61,265 nucleotides of DNA from the IMG/VR virus record IMGVR_UViG_3300045988_080771, positions 1 to 61,265 of that record, one strand, 5' to 3'. A program made the position numbers and the translations under genes. Positions 40,745-50,081 of the stretch are shown piece after piece. The notes below the pieces were generated by a model. It ran no database searches. It saw only the letters and a program-made list of their open reading frames with translations, and was not told the origin of the DNA. The stretch's first letter is position 1. Each line of letters opens with the position of its first letter. This DNA comes from a virus.

Positions 40745-43700
40745 GAGCGTTGATGAGCGAGTAGTATCGCTTAAGCTCGAAGATGGTCAGTTCCAGAAAG
40801 GTGTTGCTCGAGTAAATAAATCCCTTGGTCACCTCAAGGACGAACTCGAGTTCAAGAACTCGGATAAAGGTTTCAAGAACCTTGAACGTGCATCGAATAA
40901 TGTAAAATTCGATAAATTAAACAAAAGTGCCAAGCAAGCCGGTGAATCTCTCACCGATATGAGCAAAACCGGCTCAAAGTCTGCAAAGGATCTTCAAAAA
41001 TCTCTTGAGGATATCAAGATCGACAAGGTTAAAGAATCCACGGACAAACTTGGCGATTCCATGGGCAAACTCGGAGATAAGGGCAGCCCTGGAATCAATA
41101 AAACAAAAGCAAATCTTAATAGCCTCAATAACGAAGCTTCTAAGACTGGTGCTCTTCTTTCAAATGTAAAAGTTGATACCGCTCAACCTAATAATGCAAT
41201 TGCATCGATAAAAGCCAAGGTAAGCGAACTCGGTGCCCATATATCTGGTGTCCTTTCAAAGACTAAAGTAACGATTCCAACCGGTGGCGCAACTCGGGCT
41301 CTTGCAAATCTTCAGAAATCTGTCGATAGTTTTCAAACCAGATCGATGGATAATGCGGTACAGGGACTCGGTTCTAAATTTGAGCACTTTGGAATCGTTG
41401 CAGTCACTGCAATTGCTACTTTGACTAATCAAGCCGTTCAGTATGGGGAGAAATTCCTTAGTGGTTACATTCAGCCAATGAAAGATGGTTTGTCTGAATA
41501 CGAACTTCAGCTCAATTCTATTCAGACGATTATGGCTAATACTGAGCAGATGGATGAATGGCAGGGTAAGTCATCAGCCGAACGACTTAAAGCTGTCAAT
41601 TCGACTCTTGATGAGCTGAATAATTATGCCGATGAGACCATTTATAATTTCTCTCAAATGACGCATAATATTGGTACCTTTACATCTGCTGGTGTTGGTC
41701 TTAAGGATTCCGCATCTGCAATTAAAGGTATCTCAAACTTGGCAGCAGTTTCAGGTTCGAATGCTCAGCAGGCTTCGACTGCAATGTATCAGTTGTCTCA
41801 GGCTTTGGCAACCGGTACTGTTAAATTGCAGGATTGGAATTCTGTTGTCAACGCCGGTATGGGCGGTAAAGGCTTTCAGAATCAGCTTATCCAGACCGCT
41901 CGCGTCATGGGCGAGAATGTCGATGAAGCCATCGAGAAGGAAGGATCATTCCGAGATTCTCTTTCGAAGGGGTGGCTTACCGATAAGGTACTGATCGAGA
42001 CTCTTAAGCAATATGCTGGAGAGCTTAACGAAGCAGAACTTCGTACTGCTGGTTACAATGACGATCAGATCAAACAGATTCTTCAGCTCGGTCAGACTGC
42101 AACCAAAGCTGCAACTGAGGTAAAGACCCTTACCCAGTTAATTGATACCTATAAGGAAGAAGTTGGTTCGGGATGGACCAAATTCTGGCAATACGTATTT
42201 GGTGATTTTGATCAAGCTCGTAATGGCTGGACTTCGGTTCATGAACGGCTAAGTTCCATAATTAGTGATAGCTCCAATGCTCGAATCGCAGTCGCGAAAT
42301 CCTGGAGCGAGCATGGTGGAACTGAAGATTTATATAAGACCATTAACAATGTCTTAGACGCATTCATAAAGCTTAAGGGTATTGTAACCAAAGCTTGGAG
42401 AGATGTATTTCCGCCTAAGGATATCGGTGGTGCCATCTATAAGGTGACACATTTCATCGAGCAGCTTACCGAGAAATTGATTATTTCCGATAAAGCTGCA
42501 GAGATTATGACCAAGGGCTTGAAGCTTATATTCACAGCTCTTCGATTGGTTCTAACTGTAATCAAAAATGTTGTCAGTGCCATTCAAGAATTTGTTAATT
42601 TCTGTATAAAGTCGGTTAAGACCTTTGCAGCATGGGTTCTTGGACTAAAGTCTGTTCGTGATGCCATTCAATGGGTCAATGACTCCTTCAATAAAGCCAA
42701 GCAAGTCATTGAGACATTCAATAAGGGATTCCAAAATTTTGTCAATTCCTTCAAGAAGGGTAACAATGACATAAAGTCCAATAATCCTGGCACACAGGTT
42801 ACAAACCAATTCAAGCAGGCGTTTGAAGGTCTTAAAGCTGCATTCAAGCCGGTTATCGATCTTATTAATACATTCGGTAGCCAGACTCTCGATGGCCTTT
42901 ACCAGAATTCGCTCAAGACAAAGGATGCAATCAAGGCATTCGCCGATTCCTTCCGTAATCTTGGCGATGACGTTCGTAAAGCCGGTGAGGATCTCGGCGA
43001 TTCTCTTCGTGAGAAGCTTCGTCCAATTCAGGAATTCGCAGAACATATCTCTGAGTATATTCAGAAGCTTGGTGACGCGATCGGAGAGGCTGTTGCCTGG
43101 ATTAAGGTCAAACTGAAGCTTCTAGGGCACTATATTCGGGTGTTCTTCTCGGATCTTAATGGCCATATTACAGCTGATAATATTCTTAGCCTATTTACTA
43201 GTGGATTTATTCTTGCGCTTATAAAGAATCTTAATTCTCTTATTAAGTTCTTTATCAAGGGCGCCAAGGATACTCAAACTACAGTAAAGAAATTTAAAGA
43301 CCTCGCCGGATCAATTGATAAACTGTTCAAGAAGATCGGTGATTCATTCCAGCATCTTAGCGATAGCATTGATTTCAGTCGTGTCGTTATATTTGCTGGT
43401 GCAATGAAGGTTCTGGCGAGTGCTCTTACCCAACTCGCATCCATTCCGGCAGAAAAGATTGCAACCGCTCTTGGTGCATTGACGGTCTGTATTACTGAAC
43501 TCGTTGGTGCATTGGCTATCCTTGGCGGTATTGGTGCTGTACAGAAGAAGGGTAAAGACGGAAAAGCTGCTGGAAATCTTGTAGATTATAGTGTCTTCAC
43601 CAAAGAACTTGCCATTGGCATGATCGCACTCAGTGGCTCTGTCCTCATTCTCGCAAGGGCATGCTCTTATTTTAAGGGAATGGATCCTGGCGAGATCGGA

Positions 43701-46700
43701 CTTGCCGTTGGTGCCGTTACAGCGTTGATGACTGTTGTCACCGGTAGTCTTATTTCACTTGGACGTTTCTCCAAGGGTACCGAGATCTATACCCAGATTG
43801 GTCCGCAGCTTCCTAAGTTTGCTACCATGATCGTCGGTCTTGGTATTGGCATAATATTGATTGCCAAGGCCGCTCAGATATTCTCAACGATTGATACAAC
43901 CGGATTGGCAAAAGCTGGTGTATCGATACTTGTAGCTTCTGCTGCAATCGGTGTTATGTTGTTCGCATTGTCGAAGATTACAAAACAATTCGACACATAT
44001 CGTGAGTTTACATCAAACGATAAAGACTTCGTCCAATGGGGCAGCACGATAAAAGGCTATGGATTCGCAATAATCGAAATCGCATCTGCCTTTATTATTG
44101 TTGGTATTGCCATGAAGATCATTTCCACCATTGATACAGGTGGTTGGTTGAAGGCAATGGGTGCAATGCTTCTCGCATTTGTCGGAGTCTGCACCATAAT
44201 CGGTACAATCGCAGCTGCTGGAAAGTATCTAGACTTCCAAGCCAAGGAACTTCAGCGTGCTGCCGTATCGTTCATGGCTATCGGTGCTGCATTTATGCTC
44301 ATGGCGACGTCCATGGCAATCCTATCTGCAATCCCAGCAGATAAATGGCAGCAATCCATGGTAAGCATAACCAGCCTTATGCTAATGATGGGTGGATTGA
44401 GCCTTGCAATGTCTCGAATGGATACCGCCAAGGCTGTTCCTGGAATCATTGCAATCGCTGGTGCCATATCCATGATGATTCCTCCGATTCTTGTTCTCGC
44501 TGCTGTTCCAGTAGAAGCTCTTACCAAGAGTATGGCTGCAATCGGTGCGTTGATGGGCGGAATCGCGATCATCAGTCGCTATATGGACGGAAGCGATCCT
44601 ACACGAGCCGCATTGTCGATGATTGGATTCGTCACTGCAATCAATCTGCTCGTTCCGGCATTGCTTCTGCTTGCAGCCGTTCCTGCGGCACAGCTCGCTA
44701 AGTCTCTTGCCGTAGTTGCGACTGCTCTGGCTGGATTCTATATCACTGTGATGCTCTTGGGACCATCCGCAGCTGTGCTGAAGGATGTCTCACTCGGACT
44801 CATAATGTTCGGTGCATCGCTGACACTTATTGGTGTTGGTCTTGTTGCGATTTCAGCAGGTTTAGTAGCTGTTGCTGCTGCTGTAACTTCACTCGTCGTG
44901 ATCATTGAAGCCGGATGCACTGCAATCTTTGCAGTTCTTCCGATTCTTGTGAAGAGTTTCATGAATGCCGTGATTGGTATTCTTCAGGTAATAACTGCTG
45001 CACTCCCGACAATTCTTGAATGCTTCGGAAAGATAATTGCTGAACTGCTGGTCTTCCTTGTCGAGCAGATTCCGGCGATCGTCGAAGCGACATTGGAGAT
45101 TGTCGATAAGGTTCTCGCGCAGATTGCAGATCATGCTCCAGAAATTTGCAATAATCTAGTCATTATACTTTGTGCTATACTTAATGCAGTTGCTGGTCAT
45201 GCTGATGAAATCGTTGGAGCGGCTGGAAATGTTGCAAAGGCGATTATATCTGCAATAGTCAAAGCTCTTTCGACTTCTAATACTAATGCCGTTGCAGATA
45301 TGATTCTGACAATGACTGCTATGTCATTGCTTTTCAAGTTGATGTCCAAAATGAAAAGTGATGTGAAGGGTGCCCTGATCGTTGCAGGTTCAATCCTTCT
45401 GATCATGACCGGTCTTGTCGGCGTGTTTGCTCTTATGAGCAAGATCGATAGCAGTACTGTTCTGCAATCTGCACTTGCAATGGTATCCGTTGCTACGGCA
45501 CTAAGCCTCGCCATGATGGTGTTCTCAGCGATCCCGATTACGGCGGTTCTTCCGGCAATTGGAGGCTTTGCCATTGCCATGGCGGGCATTACCGCGATCA
45601 TCGCGGCTGCTGCAGCCATTATGTCAATCCCAGGTATCGATGCATTCATGTCTCGAGGAGTACGTCTTTTCGAGATCATCGGTCAAGCGATTGGTGCTAT
45701 ATTTGGTGGTTTAGCAGAAGGCATTATTGATGCTGTTTCTGGGTCATTGCCTGTAGTTGCCACGAACCTATCCAGGTTCATGACCAATCTTAAGCCATTT
45801 GTTGATGGCGCTAGTGATTTTGATGAAGGAACAATTTCTTCGATCAAGAATCTTGCCGAAGCAATTGCGCTTATAACAGCATCAAATATCCTAGATGCCA
45901 TCGGATCGTTCATCACTGGTGGCAGGGATATAAGTAAGTTCGGTGAGACTTTAGTTCCGCTCGGACAGGCGATGAAGGATTACGCCGATTCCGTAGATGG
46001 CCTTAATATTGAAGCTATAAACACTTCAGTCAAGGGGCTTAATGCACTCAATAAGGTTCTAGAGTCTGTTCCTAAAACCGGTGGAGTTGCTGGATTCCTT
46101 TCTGGAAATGTCGATTGGGCAACGCTTAGTGGTGGCCTTAAGCACCTAGGCGCTTGCCTTGTTGATTATTCTACCAGCGTTTCTGGTGAGAGTTTCAGTG
46201 CCGATGCAATTCAGAATTCAGTTCCAGCACTGAAGGCATTGTCGAAGGTACTCGAGGCTGTTCCAAAGACCGGTGGCGCTGCTGGATGGTGGACCGGAAA
46301 CAAGAATTGGGCTAATATAAGCTCTGGCCTTGAAGGACTTGGTAATGCACTCAAGGCATATAACAAGGCAATTGGAAATTCTGGCACTGATGGTGCGATA
46401 AATGTCGGCAGAATCAAAGATTCTGTAGGTGCGGTTCAGGCATTGAGCACTGTCATGAATTCGCTCCCAGACGATCCGAATAATTGGTTCCAGGCGTTTA
46501 CTGGTAATTCAAAGAAATGGAGTACTGTAAGTACCGGACTTGCCGATCTTGGAAAGGCGCTTGGCGCATATAGCAAATCGGTTAGCGATACAGATCTGAA
46601 TTATTCTGCGATCGATCGTGCATCTACAACTGCTCGGGATCTTATCAATACGATCAACCAGATCCAATGGGATGGAAACATCCATCTTGTGGGATTCCAG

Positions 46701-48698
46701 TCAAGTGCGACAAATCTCGGTAGAGGTCTATTCAATTTCTATAGAGATATTCCTACCGCCGACGTTTCATTTGATGAAATGGTCAAAGCCGCAAATGCCG
46801 GTTCGACAATTGTTAATATTATTAATAAACTTCCAGACTCAATTGACAAGAATCTTAACAATTTCCCCTCTATCGCATCTACTGTCGGTAAGGGAATTGC
46901 AGCATTCGGAAAAGTCAAGTCACTTAATAATATTGACTGGGATGATGCACGTAATGCCGCTAAAGTCGGTGGCGATCTGATCAAAATAGTAAACGGCTAT
47001 TCTGATGTCAAGAAGATCGATTTTGGCAGTTTCAACACAATGTGCACCAACCTTGGCGCTGGACTCGCAGATTACGCGACTCGAGTTTCTACAATCAATT
47101 ATGAAACTCTTTCTGCAAGCATCAAACCTGTAAAGTCTCTGCTTGATATTGGTCAACTGAACGATGCGGCTAGCACATTCCAAAATTTCGTTACTGCTTG
47201 TGCAAATCTTTCAAAAGGTGTCAGTAAATTCAACGGTGATAGTAAGTCACCTATTAACGGAAACCAGCTTTCAGCATCTGTAAATGCTGTTAAGCAGCTT
47301 CTTCAGATAATGGCAAATTTTGGGGATGCGACAAGTACATATGAGAACTTTGGAAAAGCTTCCGATAATCTTGCATTCGGACTTCAGAAATTCAATCAAG
47401 CCACTATAACTCTTCAGGGCGAACTTCCGGCTCTAAAACAATTGATTAGTCTGTTCAACAGCTTATCTAATTCGATTAAGAATCTACCGAGTGATTATTC
47501 GAATGTCGATTCGTTTGTTACAGCAGTAAATAAACTTGGAACCATCGATCTAAAAAGTTTGTCGACTAGTCTGTCTGATGTTTCGACCACGATAACTCAG
47601 AGCTTCCAGAATCTTGTCAATTCTTTGAGTCAGGATATTCTTGATCTTTCTGTCGAACTTGGTGGCCTTCGTGATGCAGTAGCTAATCAATCAAATGGTA
47701 TGTCAACTCCGTTTATCAATGCTTTGGATAGCATGAAATCCGGAATGACTACCACTTCTAATAGAATGACCAATTTCATTTCGGCAATGGGTACATTCGC
47801 AACTAATGTTGGAAACCAATTAAGTGGTACCGAAACCATAGTCAGTGATAAGATGAACAAGATAAACCAGATTCTATCCGATGCTGCCACACAAGGTAAG
47901 CAGAAGGGAAATGAACTTGGTTCGAACATCAAGGAAGGTTTCAAAGCTGGTTATGCTAATCTTGGTGCGGGATTCAAAGCAAAGATTGATGGCGTTCTGA
48001 ATACTCTTTCTTCGGCTCGAAGCACTGCTTATCAGAGTGGTGTCTATTTAACTCAGGGGTTCGCAGCTGGTATTCTTAGCCCATTGGCTGTTGGTCAAGT
48101 CGCATCTGCGGCAGCTTCTATTGCTAATACCGCTATTGCAGCAATAAAAGCGAAAGGTAAAGAAGGTTCACCGTGGAAGACCACAATTCAGAGTGGTCGT
48201 TTCGCAGCTCAGGGTCTTGCAATCGGTATAAAGAAAGATGCCGATCTGGCAAAGACTGAATCGGTCAAAATGGTAAGTGGAGCACTATCTTCATTCGATC
48301 GAGTATTAAGCAACTATGATTTCAATGCAGAATACACACCATCCATAAAACCGGTTGTTGATCTTTCCGATCTAAAGACCTCCACGGAAGCTATTTCCAC
48401 ACTTATGGACACCACAGCGAATGTTGGACTTGATTATAGCACTACAAAAGAACTTGCTCGCAAGGTCGGACAAGTTCACAATTCAACCCAGGAGATGCGC
48501 CAATATCAGTCCGACATGATTGCAAGTAATCAGACTGTCACCGATGCAATTAATTCGCTGAGGGATGACGTAAACAATATCGATCTCACCAAGCAACCTC
48601 CGACTGAGCTTTATATCGATGGCCGGAAACTTGCCTCGACTATTGCAAAGCCGATGGATCGCCAAATGAGTATTCAACGTCGTAGAGGAAGTTTATAA
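40737..48698 (+). CDS. tape measure protein (2653 aa)
   Basis: Tape-measure core FSQMTHNIGTFTSAGVGLKD...AMYQLSQALATGTVKLQDWNSV; position; a very long hydrophobic central block (nt ~43180-45770). Confidence 0.85.
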   Translation: MAKSVDERVVSLKLEDGQFQKGVARVNKSLGHLKDELEFKNSDKGFKNLERASNNVKFDKLNKSAKQAGESLTDMSKTGSKSAKDLQKSLEDIKIDKVKESTDKLGDSMGKLGDKGSPGINKTKANLNSLNNEASKTGALLSNVKVDTAQPNNAIASIKAKVSELGAHISGVLSKTKVTIPTGGATRALANLQKSVDSFQTRSMDNAVQGLGSKFEHFGIVAVTAIATLTNQAVQYGEKFLSGYIQPMKDGLSEYELQLNSIQTIMANTEQMDEWQGKSSAERLKAVNSTLDELNNYADETIYNFSQMTHNIGTFTSAGVGLKDSASAIKGISNLAAVSGSNAQQASTAMYQLSQALATGTVKLQDWNSVVNAGMGGKGFQNQLIQTARVMGENVDEAIEKEGSFRDSLSKGWLTDKVLIETLKQYAGELNEAELRTAGYNDDQIKQILQLGQTATKAATEVKTLTQLIDTYKEEVGSGWTKFWQYVFGDFDQARNGWTSVHERLSSIISDSSNARIAVAKSWSEHGGTEDLYKTINNVLDAFIKLKGIVTKAWRDVFPPKDIGGAIYKVTHFIEQLTEKLIISDKAAEIMTKGLKLIFTALRLVLTVIKNVVSAIQEFVNFCIKSVKTFAAWVLGLKSVRDAIQWVNDSFNKAKQVIETFNKGFQNFVNSFKKGNNDIKSNNPGTQVTNQFKQAFEGLKAAFKPVIDLINTFGSQTLDGLYQNSLKTKDAIKAFADSFRNLGDDVRKAGEDLGDSLREKLRPIQEFAEHISEYIQKLGDAIGEAVAWIKVKLKLLGHYIRVFFSDLNGHITADNILSLFTSGFILALIKNLNSLIKFFIKGAKDTQTTVKKFKDLAGSIDKLFKKIGDSFQHLSDSIDFSRVVIFAGAMKVLASALTQLASIPAEKIATALGALTVCITELVGALAILGGIGAVQKKGKDGKAAGNLVDYSVFTKELAIGMIALSGSVLILARACSYFKGMDPGEIGLAVGAVTALMTVVTGSLISLGRFSKGTEIYTQIGPQLPKFATMIVGLGIGIILIAKAAQIFSTIDTTGLAKAGVSILVASAAIGVMLFALSKITKQFDTYREFTSNDKDFVQWGSTIKGYGFAIIEIASAFIIVGIAMKIISTIDTGGWLKAMGAMLLAFVGVCTIIGTIAAAGKYLDFQAKELQRAAVSFMAIGAAFMLMATSMAILSAIPADKWQQSMVSITSLMLMMGGLSLAMSRMDTAKAVPGIIAIAGAISMMIPPILVLAAVPVEALTKSMAAIGALMGGIAIISRYMDGSDPTRAALSMIGFVTAINLLVPALLLLAAVPAAQLAKSLAVVATALAGFYITVMLLGPSAAVLKDVSLGLIMFGASLTLIGVGLVAISAGLVAVAAAVTSLVVIIEAGCTAIFAVLPILVKSFMNAVIGILQVITAALPTILECFGKIIAELLVFLVEQIPAIVEATLEIVDKVLAQIADHAPEICNNLVIILCAILNAVAGHADEIVGAAGNVAKAIISAIVKALSTSNTNAVADMILTMTAMSLLFKLMSKMKSDVKGALIVAGSILLIMTGLVGVFALMSKIDSSTVLQSALAMVSVATALSLAMMVFSAIPITAVLPAIGGFAIAMAGITAIIAAAAAIMSIPGIDAFMSRGVRLFEIIGQAIGAIFGGLAEGIIDAVSGSLPVVATNLSRFMTNLKPFVDGASDFDEGTISSIKNLAEAIALITASNILDAIGSFITGGRDISKFGETLVPLGQAMKDYADSVDGLNIEAINTSVKGLNALNKVLESVPKTGGVAGFLSGNVDWATLSGGLKHLGACLVDYSTSVSGESFSADAIQNSVPALKALSKVLEAVPKTGGAAGWWTGNKNWANISSGLEGLGNALKAYNKAIGNSGTDGAINVGRIKDSVGAVQALSTVMNSLPDDPNNWFQAFTGNSKKWSTVSTGLADLGKALGAYSKSVSDTDLNYSAIDRASTTARDLINTINQIQWDGNIHLVGFQSSATNLGRGLFNFYRDIPTADVSFDEMVKAANAGSTIVNIINKLPDSIDKNLNNFPSIASTVGKGIAAFGKVKSLNNIDWDDARNAAKVGGDLIKIVNGYSDVKKIDFGSFNTMCTNLGAGLADYATRVSTINYETLSASIKPVKSLLDIGQLNDAASTFQNFVTACANLSKGVSKFNGDSKSPINGNQLSASVNAVKQLLQIMANFGDATSTYENFGKASDNLAFGLQKFNQATITLQGELPALKQLISLFNSLSNSIKNLPSDYSNVDSFVTAVNKLGTIDLKSLSTSLSDVSTTITQSFQNLVNSLSQDILDLSVELGGLRDAVANQSNGMSTPFINALDSMKSGMTTTSNRMTNFISAMGTFATNVGNQLSGTETIVSDKMNKINQILSDAATQGKQKGNELGSNIKEGFKAGYANLGAGFKAKIDGVLNTLSSARSTAYQSGVYLTQGFAAGILSPLAVGQVASAAASIANTAIAAIKAKGKEGSPWKTTIQSGRFAAQGLAIGIKKDADLAKTESVKMVSGALSSFDRVLSNYDFNAEYTPSIKPVVDLSDLKTSTEAISTLMDTTANVGLDYSTTKELARKVGQVHNSTQEMRQYQSDMIASNQTVTDAINSLRDDVNNIDLTKQPPTELYIDGRKLASTIAKPMDRQMSIQRRRGSL
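46020..46600 (+). repeat. three tandem ~60-aa repeats inside the tape measure
   Basis: VPKTGGVAGFLSGNVDWATLSGGLKHLGACLVDYS / VPKTGGAAGWWTGNKNWANISSGLEGLGNALKAYN / ...FTGNSKKWSTVSTGLADLGKALGAYS. Confidence 0.75.
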
Positions 48699-49591
48699 TG
48701 ACATATCCGGATTATCCTAACAATCGTTTGATTGTTAATAATGTGGACCTTAGCATACGTTTCCGGTTGTTTCTCTTAGACGGTTTCACTCTTTCTCCAC
48801 CGGAACCTAAAACCTATACGGTTGATATTCCCGGTGGAGATGGTGTGATCGATCTAACGGAATCGCTAACCGGAGATGTGGCATATAATAATCGAGAGAT
48901 GGAATTCACATTCGTTTCTCTCGATGTTGAAGATTATGAGTATGCAAAGACTCGACTGAGTAATTTCCTGCACGGAAAAGAATATGATTTCAAGATGACC
49001 ATGGATCCAGATTATACATATCATGGTCGTTTTAGTGTTGAATCATATTCGCATACGATGACATCGAACCATGGCGTCGTTGGAACATTTACCGTAAAGG
49101 TAAGTGCCAATCCTTATAAGACGAAAGGTAAACAGACATATCGTCTTAATGCTACAGGCGGTGTGATGTTTCGTCTTGAAAGTGGTCGAAAACCGGTTCA
49201 TCCTGTTATTGAATCGGATCAGCCATGTCATATTCGATATGGTAATGTCATAACAGACATCGGTGCTGGAACCTATCGTTTGAACAAGATCCTATTCCAT
49301 GAAGGAATGAACGAAATCTATATCAATAGTTATCGTTTCTGGAATGTTATGTGGAAGGATTTTGGTGAAAACAAACTTTATCCAATGACTTGGAACGATG
49401 CAAAAACAAAAAGATGGGATGATCTTCAACGTCTAGATAGCACATTGCATCGAAATCCACAAAAGTGGTCTGATGTTGCCCATTATCGTTGGAGTGACAT
49501 GTCAACGAAACATTGGTATGAAGTCGATACTCGAAAAGCTGATGTTCCAGAAACAAATGTATATGTTCAGTATGAATGGAAGGATCTCTAA
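48698..49591 (+). CDS. distal tail protein (Dit-like)
   Basis: 297 aa immediately after the tape measure (TAATG overlap); N-terminal pattern typical of siphovirus tail-component proteins. Confidence 0.55.
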   Translation: MTYPDYPNNRLIVNNVDLSIRFRLFLLDGFTLSPPEPKTYTVDIPGGDGVIDLTESLTGDVAYNNREMEFTFVSLDVEDYEYAKTRLSNFLHGKEYDFKMTMDPDYTYHGRFSVESYSHTMTSNHGVVGTFTVKVSANPYKTKGKQTYRLNATGGVMFRLESGRKPVHPVIESDQPCHIRYGNVITDIGAGTYRLNKILFHEGMNEIYINSYRFWNVMWKDFGENKLYPMTWNDAKTKRWDDLQRLDSTLHRNPQKWSDVAHYRWSDMSTKHWYEVDTRKADVPETNVYVQYEWKDL

Positions 49592-50070
49592 TGGCTAATA
49601 ATTCTCCAACAATTAATTTGACAAATATCGATTCAAGTGATTATATTTCACCAGATACGATAAATGCTAATTTTAAGATTCTAGCAAATGCTTTGAGCAT
49701 TGATTATATTGTTGAAGCCGGACAAAGTGGCGAATGGTGGTATCGAAAGTGGAATTCTGGACGAATGGAATGCGGTGTCGATTCCAAAGAATTTGCCAGA
49801 TCCGATGTTCATGTATGGGGTGGAGCTAATTCTGGATTATACGCAACTACTCAGTATAATTTCTCGGCATACCCAATCGCATTCAAATCAAGGCCTCACA
49901 CATCAATCCATTTCCAACATGATAAGTCCCGTGCAGGACGTGGATCGACTATCGTTCAGTTTAATAACGATTCTCCGACTACGAAACCACCAGCTTTTGA
50001 AGTTGTTGATTCCTGGAATGCTGCCATTCAACCAATTTGTTCCATCTACGCTTGCGGAGCGTGGAAGTAA
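49591..50070 (+). CDS. hypothetical tail-module protein (159 aa)
   Basis: Internal ATG with RBS ggaagga; TAATG overlap with the Dit stop. Confidence 0.55.
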   Translation: MANNSPTINLTNIDSSDYISPDTINANFKILANALSIDYIVEAGQSGEWWYRKWNSGRMECGVDSKEFARSDVHVWGGANSGLYATTQYNFSAYPIAFKSRPHTSIHFQHDKSRAGRGSTIVQFNNDSPTTKPPAFEVVDSWNAAIQPICSIYACGAWK

Positions 50071-50081
50071 GGTTATAAATC

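Noticed and set aside
42645-45916. Numerous 60-160-aa alternative-frame and antisense ORFs inside the tape-measure gene
   Set aside because: They are nested in a gene with a clear tape-measure signature and reflect the Ala/Gly-rich codon composition. None has an RBS or its own promoter or terminator.
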